A DNA stretch of 25,966 bases from assembly GCA_016744905.1 (NCBI GenBank), contig JADGDM010000040.1, positions 1 through 25,966 of the forward strand, given 5' to 3'. This DNA is from Sulfurimonadaceae bacterium. Its GTDB lineage: Bacteria; Campylobacterota; Campylobacteria; Campylobacterales; Sulfurimonadaceae. Below the pieces are notes generated by a model. It saw nothing but the letters and a program-made list of their open reading frames with translations. It made no database searches and was not told the origin of the DNA. The translations under genes were made by a program, and so were the position numbers. Shown in pieces: positions 9,284 to 17,406 of this stretch (position 1 is the first letter of the stretch; each line of letters opens with the position of its first letter).

Positions 9284-9967
9284 ATGGCAAAATGTTCTAG
9301 CTGTAGTGCGCCCCTTCCTGCAACTACCATATTTTGTGCCTACTGTGGAACCCGTAATGACATCGATTTGGGCGAGAAAAAATTTAAAAATATCAGACCC
9401 CATCTTTCACGTCAATGTCCTACTTGTAAAATAGCTCTACAAACCATAGATGTGGGTGAAAAAATCTCTTTCTTTGTTGAACGCTGTCCAGAGTGTTATG
9501 GGCTCTTTTTTGATAGAGGAGAGCTTGAAGACTTGGTTGAGATGTCCGTTAAAAGCACTCAAAATGTCAATGTAATGCAACTCGCAGAACTCTCAGAAAA
9601 TCCTCGCCATATCGACGTCGTCACTTACAGACAGTGCCCAGTGTGTGAAAAAATGATGCAACGCGTCAACTTTATGAAACGCAGTGGTGTCGTCACAGAC
9701 TATTGCGCCGATCACGGTATCTGGTTAGATTCAGGTGAGTTGAGACATATTTTAGAGTGGATTAAAAGTGGTGGTATGAGTAAAATTGAATCAACAGAAA
9801 AAGACTTTGAGAGTACACATAACTATCCAAAAGGCGCTTTTCAAAACGCTAAAGAACTTAAAAAACGAAACAAATATAGAGACCCCTCTTCTGATGCAGA
9901 AGAGAGCTATGAATCATTGAATATTATGGAAATTCTAGGCAATATATTATTTCGTACTTATAGATAA
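9284..9967 (+). CDS. zinc-ribbon protein with three CxxC…CxxC units, two of zf-TFIIB type (YdjG-like)
   Basis: 227 aa. CSSCSAP…CAYCG; CPTCK…CPECYGLFFDRGELEDL; CPVCEK…CADHGIWLDSGELRHIL, the latter two with the WLD.GEL signature of bacterial zf-TFIIB ribbons. Starts 3 nt after the SPFH stop, so translationally coupled. Confidence 0.7.
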   Translation: MAKCSSCSAPLPATTIFCAYCGTRNDIDLGEKKFKNIRPHLSRQCPTCKIALQTIDVGEKISFFVERCPECYGLFFDRGELEDLVEMSVKSTQNVNVMQLAELSENPRHIDVVTYRQCPVCEKMMQRVNFMKRSGVVTDYCADHGIWLDSGELRHILEWIKSGGMSKIESTEKDFESTHNYPKGAFQNAKELKKRNKYRDPSSDAEESYESLNIMEILGNILFRTYR

Positions 9968-9977
9968 AGAGGGAAAG

Positions 9978-10511
9978 ATGGGAAAACAGTACAAAAAACT
10001 AACCGACAGTGATGTAGAATTTATCAAGGCGCAAAAGCTTTTTTATCTGGCCAGTTCAAGTGGACAAGAAGTCAACCTCTCGCCAAAAGGCTATGACTCT
10101 ATTCGTGTGCTTAATCACAGCGCGCTGCTCTTTATGAACTTTCCCGGTAGTGGAAACAGAACGTATCGTGACGCTAAAAATGATGGTGAATTTACACTGG
10201 TCTTTAATGCCTTCGAAGGGGAAGCAAAGATTTTAAGACTCTTTTGCAAGGCAGAGATTATTGATCCAACACATCACGACTTTACTAAACACACCAAAAG
10301 CTTTGGCGAGATTCAGAGTCGTGTACGTGATTTCTTTGTGTTTAATATCTACGCCATTGAATCAAGTTGTGGCATGTCTGTTCCTGAGATGGAGTATAAA
10401 AAAGAGCGGCGTGCACTTTATAACTGGGTAGTGAGTATGGATAAAAACAATAAACTACAAGCTTATAAAGATGATCACTTTATCCCGCCTAATTTAAAAG
10501 ATTTGAGCTAA
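9978..10511 (+). CDS. pyridoxamine 5'-phosphate oxidase-like FMN-binding split-barrel protein
   Basis: 177 aa. KLFYLASSSGQEVNLSPKGY…LLFMNFPGSGNRTYRDAKNDGEFTLVF matches the PNPOx-like pattern. RBS AGAGGGA lies 10 nt after the preceding stop. Confidence 0.55.
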   Translation: MGKQYKKLTDSDVEFIKAQKLFYLASSSGQEVNLSPKGYDSIRVLNHSALLFMNFPGSGNRTYRDAKNDGEFTLVFNAFEGEAKILRLFCKAEIIDPTHHDFTKHTKSFGEIQSRVRDFFVFNIYAIESSCGMSVPEMEYKKERRALYNWVVSMDKNNKLQAYKDDHFIPPNLKDLS

Positions 10512-11522
10512 CTTTAAAAGTTCCATATCCAGCTTATGAAAAGTATTACGTTCTAAAATTTCCCAAGCGCTTTTCTGCTGAGCTTTTATTGCCTCTTGAA
10601 AAAGATACCAGTGTGAGGTTTTATAGGTTTGTCTATTTTTCCATGATAAAACATCAGGAAAAATATTAAAGTCTAAAAAATGGTTCACACTGTTTCTATC
10701 TTTAAAAAACCGTACATCTTCACTGATGGCTTCTTCAAACCAGACATATTTGTCATAAGTTTCCTTCACTCCAAGAACCATATACGCTTCTATACGCTTA
10801 TCTTGATCTCTATTGTCTTCATCATTTTTCGACATCACCACACTCAAATCACCAATCAGTTTTAACTCTTTTTCTTTTAAGAGACTTGCTGAGTATTGTG
10901 GATTTTTATACTGTGCCAACTTATAAAATAGATGGCTTGCGGCTTGTAAAAATCTCTGTGAATTGTCTATCTTTGGTTCCAGAAGTCGCTCATCAACCCA
11001 CGTTGCACAGGCATAATCAGGTCTGTTAAGAAAATCTGCATGTCCTAAATTTGGCATGACACTGGGTATAAAACCATTAACTGAATTAAAATCCTCAAAA
11101 AAACCGATAAAATTTTGATGGGCCCATGTATCTGCGTACCCATGTGCCGCAATGCCTATACGATAAAGATTTTCACTCTCTAGGGCACTGTCCATTATTT
11201 CATTGGCATTAGGACTATCAGGAGTGCAGTTCAGATGATGCATTCGCCCATCACGTCTGGACGCACTGATACAAAGAGGATCACCGGGAATAAAATGGAA
11301 AACAGGATTGAGTTTCAACCATGTCTCTTTTGACTTAAAAATATTAGACGTCTGAGAGATATAGTTTTCATAAAAGTACTGTGAATCTTTCTCTATCTTA
11401 AAAGAGATGTCATTATCATCAAGATACTGCGCACTATAAGCGATAATCTTTGCCTCTTTAGGTTCAAATCCCGCCTTGATTGCAATCAAATAAGTCTGAT
11501 AATAGTGAAATTCGACATCCAT
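10494..11522 (-). CDS. zinc-dependent phospholipase C-like protein, no signal peptide
   Basis: 342 aa. Motifs line up with zinc ligands of B. cereus PLC and the C. perfringens alpha-toxin N-domain. The N-terminal FHYYQTYL corresponds to …HLWIVNRAI. SAQYLDDND corresponds to AADYENPYYD. FHFIPGDP corresponds to SHFYDPD. HGYADTWAHQNF corresponds to HYLGDVNQPMHAANF. RBS AAAGGA upstream. Confidence 0.45.
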   Translation of the reverse strand: MDVEFHYYQTYLIAIKAGFEPKEAKIIAYSAQYLDDNDISFKIEKDSQYFYENYISQTSNIFKSKETWLKLNPVFHFIPGDPLCISASRRDGRMHHLNCTPDSPNANEIMDSALESENLYRIGIAAHGYADTWAHQNFIGFFEDFNSVNGFIPSVMPNLGHADFLNRPDYACATWVDERLLEPKIDNSQRFLQAASHLFYKLAQYKNPQYSASLLKEKELKLIGDLSVVMSKNDEDNRDQDKRIEAYMVLGVKETYDKYVWFEEAISEDVRFFKDRNSVNHFLDFNIFPDVLSWKNRQTYKTSHWYLFQEAIKAQQKSAWEILERNTFHKLDMELLKLAQIF

Positions 11523-11581
11523 TTAGGTTCCTTTTTAAGCAAGGATATTTTACAATGTTTTTGAAAATGTAAAGGTGACAG

Positions 11582-12370
11582 ATGCAAAACAATCCAGCTT
11601 GGTGTAATGTACGATACCTAAATGCGCATAATATTAAAGCGACAAACAAAGAGTTAGACCTGGCGTGCCAAGCTTATTTATACAGTTTGTGCGCAACCTT
11701 GATTTTACAAAATGATAAACTTCCAGAGTCCAAAAAGCACACTTTTCAAAAACCTGATTACCTTGAACTACTGAGCGAGTCTCATGATAAAAAAACAGAT
11801 TTTGATGCCTGTGCCTTTATGAACCATCAGACACAAGAGATTATTATCGCTTTTGCTGGTACCAACTCATTTAAAGACTGGATGGCAAACCTCATACCCT
11901 TCTATACCAAACGACATTACATTAAAGCCAGCGAATTCACTCAAGACCTAGCGCGCCAACATCCAAATAAAAGATTTATCGCTACAGGTTACTCTCTTGG
12001 TGGTGCGCTGAGTATTTATACACGAAAGAAACTGCCCCATCTCATCAAAGAAGCGTGGACTTTCAACGCCTCACCCCACACAACTGTAGACAGACAAAAA
12101 GATAAACATATCTATCTACTGAGTACATATAATGAGGCCCTACGACCGTTGAGATGGCTTAAAAGAGTTTTATGTGCAGAAGCACTTATTAAAGAAAACC
12201 GATGTGAGACCTACAACTTAATCAAAGGAACACCCTTTGAAAATCATCAACCATGGGTACTGACACGCACCCTTTTACACTACGCAGATTATATTTTAAA
12301 AGAAAATTCACAAGAACCTTACAACATATTACAAGACTCTTACTCAGTGAACTGTTCTAAGCATTCATAA
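11582..12370 (+). CDS. class 3 lipase (Lipase_3, alpha/beta hydrolase), no signal peptide
   Basis: 262 aa. IIIAFAGTNSFKDWMANL resembles the Lipase_3 (V)AFRGT…W..NL block. Nucleophile elbow GYSLGGA (GxSxG). RBS AAAGGTG upstream. Confidence 0.6.
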   Translation: MQNNPAWCNVRYLNAHNIKATNKELDLACQAYLYSLCATLILQNDKLPESKKHTFQKPDYLELLSESHDKKTDFDACAFMNHQTQEIIIAFAGTNSFKDWMANLIPFYTKRHYIKASEFTQDLARQHPNKRFIATGYSLGGALSIYTRKKLPHLIKEAWTFNASPHTTVDRQKDKHIYLLSTYNEALRPLRWLKRVLCAEALIKENRCETYNLIKGTPFENHQPWVLTRTLLHYADYILKENSQEPYNILQDSYSVNCSKHS

Positions 12371-12821
12371 ACTTATTTAAGTTTACCGCCGCTCCCTCTT
12401 GCACTTTTTTCTGTAAAAATCCACTCCAACCAAGTAAGGTCCCTTTTAGTCCAAGCGCTTGTGAACTCCATGTCCAAAATTTAAAATAATCCATATGCTC
12501 TATGATTTTTCCCTCTTTAAAACGGAAGTGAGCTTTTATCTTGTTGTGAACCTTACGACCTGTACTGCTAAAAGTATACACCGCTTCCCAACGCGCTGTG
12601 CCATACTCATCATCGGCTTCTATATCTGAGTAAGTGAGTGTAAAGTTTTGCGCATTTGAACAAAGCATCTGCCACATCGTCCTTGCCTCTTCATCATGCA
12701 GCTCAGGAAATACAGGATCCATAAAGTGAATTTTATCCGCGTAAAGTGCTGTCATTTTTTCAGCATCTAGTGCGCTAAAAGCAGTGTAAAATTCTTCGAT
12801 TATTTTCTCATTTTGATGCAT
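12357..12821 (-). CDS. SnoaL/NTF2-like (ketosteroid-isomerase-like) protein
   Basis: 154 aa. IEEFYTAFSALDAEKMTALYADKIHFMDP is the classic SnoaL_2/NTF2 opening. Start overlaps the stop of the upstream thioesterase gene (ATGA). Confidence 0.6.
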   Translation of the reverse strand: MHQNEKIIEEFYTAFSALDAEKMTALYADKIHFMDPVFPELHDEEARTMWQMLCSNAQNFTLTYSDIEADDEYGTARWEAVYTFSSTGRKVHNKIKAHFRFKEGKIIEHMDYFKFWTWSSQALGLKGTLLGWSGFLQKKVQEGAAVNLNKFMNA

Positions 12822-13231
12822 TATATTCCTTGTACAAACCAGTTAAATGTTGCTTGCGCACAGAGTGTACCCGCATCATCTTTTACTTCTACTTGAACCT
12901 CAATACTTCCACGCCCTTTTTTCTCAAACTGAGCTATAAATTTCTCTTTCACCTCAACACTAACAGTTGCCAGCGCGCTGATAGTTTTTAATGCTGGTTT
13001 TTTATACTTGATATTTGAGTCACGAAGAACAGGAACAACTTTTCCAAGATACTGTGGAAACTCAAGACTTAAGGCTTCACCGCTCGCCGTCTCTGCTAAA
13101 AGAAACTGCGCGCTGGCATGAATACTCTGTACATGGTTTAAAAGATCTTCTTTAAAACCCAAGGATAAGTTGTTGTTGCTCTCACGATACACACCCACTT
13201 TCTCTACAAAAGGTATCTCTAAAACATTCAT
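12821..13231 (-). CDS. hotdog-fold acyl-thioesterase (PaaI/YiiD_C-like)
   Basis: 136 aa. HASAQFLLAETASG resembles the PaaI/4HBT HGG…LAD…G core. Overlaps the KAS stop by 4 nt and the SnoaL start by 1 nt. Confidence 0.5.
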   Translation of the reverse strand: MNVLEIPFVEKVGVYRESNNNLSLGFKEDLLNHVQSIHASAQFLLAETASGEALSLEFPQYLGKVVPVLRDSNIKYKKPALKTISALATVSVEVKEKFIAQFEKKGRGSIEVQVEVKDDAGTLCAQATFNWFVQGI

Positions 13232-14457
13232 ACACGCTCCTTTGTCATACTTTTTTTTGAAAATATTATCGCCCCATTGGTTCCACCAAAACCATAGTTG
13301 CTACTCATGACCGTATCTAACTCTTTTAAGCGCGCTGTATTGGGAACACAGTCCAGATCACAAGCTTCATCACCTTCAAACTGGTTGATCGTTGGTGGCA
13401 TAATATTTTTATTTAAAGCCATGATACTCACTATCGCTTCAATTATCCCCGTAGCGCCCAAGCAGTGCCCCGTACTTCCTTTAATAGAACTCACAGGAGG
13501 CACAACATCAAAAACCTCTTTAAACGCCTTTGTCTCATTGGCGTCTCCGATAGGGGTACTGGTTCCATGCGCATTGATATAATCAATTTTAGGATAATCC
13601 GCCATTCTAAGAGCGGCTTCCATTGCGCGCACCGGTCCATCAGTTGAAGGTGAAGTAATATGTCCTGCGTCTCCACTCTCTCCAAAACCACTAAGGGTTG
13701 CATAAATCTCTGCACCACGCTTTTGTGCATGTTCTAAACTTTCCAAGATAAGTGCCCCTGCGCCCTCACCCATCACAAAACCATCTCTGTTTTTATCAAA
13801 AGGTCGTGAAGCAGTATGGGGATCACCATTACGTGTTGAGAGTGCTTTCATTACAGAAAACCCTCTAATGCCCACTTCTGATATCGTCGCTTCACTTCCC
13901 AGTGCAATCATCACATCTGCCCCATCTGTCATAATGGTTTTAGCTGCTTGTGTGATGGCATGAAGCCCCGCTGTACACGCAGTAGTGGAGGAAAGATTTG
14001 GTCCTTTAAGGTTATGATAGATAGAAGCATATCCTGCAAGCATATTGGTAATTGTGCCAGGAATAAAAAATGGAGATATCTTTTTTCCCTGTTCATTACG
14101 CTCTACATTTTCTTGAATCATCGGTAGGCCACCAATACCTGTCGCCGCACTCACACCATAGCGCGCTGTGTCTACTTCAGAAGAAGTGTCCAGTCCGCTG
14201 TCTTTCATCGCCTCATCCAAGGCTTTCATCCCTAAATGCACAAACCTATCAGACTTTTTAATATCTTTGGGATGCATCACACTCTTAGGATCAAAATTTT
14301 TCACCTCACCTGCGATTTGTACACTATCTTCACTGGCATCAAAATGTGTAATTACCTCTATTCCACTCACCCCATCACATAATTTTTGAAAAGATTCTGG
14401 CGCGCTGTGTCCAACAGAATTAATCATACCGATTCCCGTTACCACTACTGTTTTCAT
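13228..14457 (-). CDS. beta-ketoacyl-ACP synthase I/II (FabF/FabB-like elongating KAS)
   Basis: 409 aa. Active-site Cys in TTACTAGLHA, His in NAHGTSTPIGD and GSTGHCLGATG, and C-terminal NYGFGGTNGAIIF. Not next to acpP; sits in a TetR-led operon. Confidence 0.85.
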   Translation of the reverse strand: MKTVVVTGIGMINSVGHSAPESFQKLCDGVSGIEVITHFDASEDSVQIAGEVKNFDPKSVMHPKDIKKSDRFVHLGMKALDEAMKDSGLDTSSEVDTARYGVSAATGIGGLPMIQENVERNEQGKKISPFFIPGTITNMLAGYASIYHNLKGPNLSSTTACTAGLHAITQAAKTIMTDGADVMIALGSEATISEVGIRGFSVMKALSTRNGDPHTASRPFDKNRDGFVMGEGAGALILESLEHAQKRGAEIYATLSGFGESGDAGHITSPSTDGPVRAMEAALRMADYPKIDYINAHGTSTPIGDANETKAFKEVFDVVPPVSSIKGSTGHCLGATGIIEAIVSIMALNKNIMPPTINQFEGDEACDLDCVPNTARLKELDTVMSSNYGFGGTNGAIIFSKKSMTKERV

Positions 14458-14470
14458 AGACTTCCTTTAG

Positions 14471-14538
14471 TTAGACCAATTAGTCTAGTTTTATGGAAGT
14501 TTAATAGTCTTTGACTTAATTTAGACTGAACGGTCTAA
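14471..14538. promoter_or_regulatory. two 18-bp palindromes TTAGAC-N6-GTCTA(A/G), candidate TetR operator sites in the KAS operon promoter
   Basis: 14471-14488 TTAGACCAATTAGTCTAG and 14521-14538 TTAGACTGAACGGTCTAA, the latter with perfect 6-bp arms. They lie between the tetR stop (14540) and the KAS ATG (14457), whose RBS is AAAGGAAG. Confidence 0.5.
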
Positions 14539-14539
14539 A

Positions 14540-15124
14540 TTAAACTTTGTATTGAGATAGAAGTTGGAGGATAAATTGTGCGTGTTTTTTAAAGGCCGTT
14601 GATGAAGAGAGTGAAGGACTTAAAGAGAGTCTTCCCCATGAAGCAGTGATAATGAATTCAGCAAACTCTTGCGTATCGAAACTTTGAAACTCACCATCAT
14701 CAATACCAGAATCTAAAACTCGTCGTAGACGAATAATAAACTGCGCATAACCATGATTAACCGCCTTGTCAAAATCTTCATCTAGTGAGGACATCTCCAC
14801 CATCAGACGATATAATGGACAACCATACGTGACCAAAGGTTTGTTAATTCCGATGTGTCGAACTGTGCGTTCTATACACTCAAAAGCAGTCTCATCTTGT
14901 GCGCGTTCAAAGTGAAAAAACTCATCCATTTTAGGGAGTATTCGCTCTTTTACCACCGCTAAGACCAATGCTTTTTTAGAACTAAAATGGTGATACATAC
15001 TGCCCTTAGGCACACCTGCTTCTTTTAATATTTTAGCGGTTGCTGAACCATGGTAGCCAAACTTATATACCTCTAAAAAGGCAGCGTCAAGCAGTTTAAT
15101 ACGAGAGATATTGTCTTTACTCAA
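14540..15124 (-). CDS. TetR/AcrR family transcriptional regulator
   Basis: 194 aa. N-terminal helix-turn-helix LLDAAFLEVYKFGYHGSATAKILKEAGVPKGSMYHHF. Sits 9 nt downstream of the fliL stop. Confidence 0.85.
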   Translation of the reverse strand: MSKDNISRIKLLDAAFLEVYKFGYHGSATAKILKEAGVPKGSMYHHFSSKKALVLAVVKERILPKMDEFFHFERAQDETAFECIERTVRHIGINKPLVTYGCPLYRLMVEMSSLDEDFDKAVNHGYAQFIIRLRRVLDSGIDDGEFQSFDTQEFAEFIITASWGRLSLSPSLSSSTAFKKHAQFILQLLSQYKV

Positions 15125-15132
15125 ACCCGAAC

Positions 15133-15621
15133 CTATTGAACAATAAACTTGGTAAAGTACACATCTTCAATCACACCTTCATCAGGAGGAACAAGACGAT
15201 TCAATTCTATCCTAATTTTTTGCTTCAACTCCTCTTTTCCACGAGGCGATATCAACTGTTCCACCCGCTTAAGGCTCATCTCTTTGATGATAATATCTCG
15301 AACGATGACATTGTTATTTTGCAATCTTATAGAGACATCTTCATCAGAGGTCTTTGCACTTATCTGAGTAACCACAAATTTGGAGTCCTCTTTATAATTA
15401 ACATTGGTTTCAAAAGAGCCGAGGTAAACCATAGTAGGATTGTTTGAGTTTATCTGCACCTCTTTATTATGGTTGTTGCCTTTGTGAAGACTTGAACCCA
15501 TTGAGCGTGCACTGCCTGTTTTTTTAAAGTTAAAATCGGAAGTTTTTACACCGTAATAAATTACACCACCGAGCATAATTATCAATATAAATAGAGAGAT
15601 TGTTCGTATTAATTTTTTCAT
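15133..15621 (-). CDS. fliL: flagellar basal-body-associated protein FliL
   Basis: 162 aa. N-terminal TM helix and C-terminal KQKIRIELNRLVPPDEGVIEDVYFTKFIVQ, the FliL signature tail. Confidence 0.75.
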   Translation of the reverse strand: MKKLIRTISLFILIIMLGGVIYYGVKTSDFNFKKTGSARSMGSSLHKGNNHNKEVQINSNNPTMVYLGSFETNVNYKEDSKFVVTQISAKTSDEDVSIRLQNNNVIVRDIIIKEMSLKRVEQLISPRGKEELKQKIRIELNRLVPPDEGVIEDVYFTKFIVQ

Positions 15622-15662
15622 ACCCCTATTATATCACTTTGTCTCTAACAGACAACGACGCA

Positions 15663-16466
15663 CTATCTTAAAGAGCCTGCCGTGACATTAAGTTCATTAT
15701 AATCATAAATATCTAGCCCATCAGGATTAATTCCATAGAGATAATTTGACGCTGTGATTAGATCCTCACATGGCGCATTTCTATACGTGTTATTTTTATT
15801 TAAAGAAATATTATTGTCCGAACGATTAATGTCATAAACTTTCAGACCATATTCTCCCTCACAAACATATAGGGTGTCATCTTGAACACTTAATGCTACT
15901 GGATTATAACTTGAGACCTTTGTTAATAGTTTTGGTGCAAGAAATTCACTAATATCATACACTTCAATGCCATTATCTACTACGATATCCTCCAACTCAA
16001 ACGTACTCTCATAATAGTAATTATTATACGAATTATTTAGATAATTTTCACATACCTCTAAGTTATTAAGAACAAAAAGAAGTGAACCATCAACAAAAAA
16101 TCGCTGGCAAGGGATAAAATCATCTGAATTTGCAAGAAAGGTGATGTTGTCGCCATTTAATGAAAAAACTTTCAAGCCACTACTTGATGCGGCAATCAAG
16201 GTCTCATCATAGATAAACATACCCGTAATTGAAAAGCCTAAGAAGGTTTGACTTAGAGGATAAACACTCTGCGGTTCGCTGATATCATATACCTTTAAAA
16301 TATCATCTTTTATACTATACAGTCTATCATTTTTGATTTTGAATTTAGAACTGCTTGTCCCTTTAGACTCGACAGTTACAGAAGATGAATCAGAGGAACT
16401 ACTGCTACTACTCTCTTCACAAGCACTTAGAAAAATCAGTAAAAATATTGCTAATAAAACTCTCAT
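15663..16466 (-). CDS. lipoprotein with LVIVD-type beta-propeller repeats
   Basis: 267 aa. Lipobox LSAC, poly-Ser linker SSSSSSSDSSS, and repeated LKVYDIS / IEVYDIS / LKVYDIN / LDIYDYN motifs. Start overlaps the upstream gene stop (ATGA at 16463-16466). Confidence 0.6.
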   Translation of the reverse strand: MRVLLAIFLLIFLSACEESSSSSSSDSSSVTVESKGTSSSKFKIKNDRLYSIKDDILKVYDISEPQSVYPLSQTFLGFSITGMFIYDETLIAASSSGLKVFSLNGDNITFLANSDDFIPCQRFFVDGSLLFVLNNLEVCENYLNNSYNNYYYESTFELEDIVVDNGIEVYDISEFLAPKLLTKVSSYNPVALSVQDDTLYVCEGEYGLKVYDINRSDNNISLNKNNTYRNAPCEDLITASNYLYGINPDGLDIYDYNELNVTAGSLR

Positions 16467-17329
16467 TGTACACTCTCCTTATAACTCACTGCTACCCCAT
16501 CCGTTTTATAGTCATACGAAGGGTACTCACAAAATTCATAACGGTCAACTCCTTGAACACTGACGATGTCCCAAGGATTATAATCAAAGATATTTTCTAC
16601 TCTCGAATCAATAGAGATATTTTCTATGTCCGTGATGTCAAGAACCACTAAATCAATCAGTGAATCTGCATAAATACGCTGATTTTGTACCTCAATATGA
16701 AGTACACCCGGTATCTTTATAAAGCTGATGTTTTGAATATCTGAGACACTACTTTGATCATAAATATGTATACCTTTTCCAGTTTCTACTAAAAGAATAT
16801 ACTCACCATATATATGAGTTGAAGCAATATCCCCAATCTCTTCAGGAGTTTGAACCACCACACTGCCTCGAAAAGTTTCTAAGTCTTGGTAGACAAAATC
16901 ATATTTACAATAAGGTTCATAAGGCTCTGTATAACTGCCCATAATCAGACTCGATCCAAAAAGTAAAGAGAGCAGGAACATGGCTTTTTTCTGCATTACA
17001 AAAAAGTCAACTCGAGGAGAGTAGCGCGCCAATACATAGGCAAATGGAAGCGCTAAAAAAGCAGCCAGCATATCTAAATAGTCAAAGGTTCCTATCATAA
17101 ACTGACCTTGAGCATATTCAAAGCCAATATTAATCACCAACCATAAAAGCGCCATATATTTAATATTTTTGTTCTCTTTTACAAAGTTACTGCTCAGTAG
17201 CGTTAGTGCAATAACATGCAAAAAAGTAGCTCCACTATCAAAGATAAAGTCACTGAAATAACTACGGTAAGTGTAGAAGAGAAAACCAATAAATAGAGTA
17301 ACAAAGGAGAGAGATAAACGATTTATCAT
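16463..17329 (-). CDS. integral membrane protein with C-terminal LVIVD-like beta-propeller repeats
   Basis: 288 aa. About 4 predicted TM helices in the first ~130 aa, then IHIYDQSS and LVVLDITD repeats. A TATAAT -10 lies upstream on the minus strand. Confidence 0.55.
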   Translation of the reverse strand: MINRLSLSFVTLFIGFLFYTYRSYFSDFIFDSGATFLHVIALTLLSSNFVKENKNIKYMALLWLVINIGFEYAQGQFMIGTFDYLDMLAAFLALPFAYVLARYSPRVDFFVMQKKAMFLLSLLFGSSLIMGSYTEPYEPYCKYDFVYQDLETFRGSVVVQTPEEIGDIASTHIYGEYILLVETGKGIHIYDQSSVSDIQNISFIKIPGVLHIEVQNQRIYADSLIDLVVLDITDIENISIDSRVENIFDYNPWDIVSVQGVDRYEFCEYPSYDYKTDGVAVSYKESVQ

Positions 17330-17406
17330 ATTAATTCCTTAAAAAAGATAAGGTATTATACTATTAAAACCTAGGAAAAGATAGAAATCTTGTAACCCTT
17401 GTGTAA

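Noticed and set aside
16390-16425. Serine-codon run (SSSSSSSDSSS) in the lipoprotein gene as a possible tandem repeat or phase-variable tract.
   Set aside because: It is a typical flexible linker after a lipobox. Codons are mixed (agt/agc/tca), so it is not a homopolymeric slippage tract.
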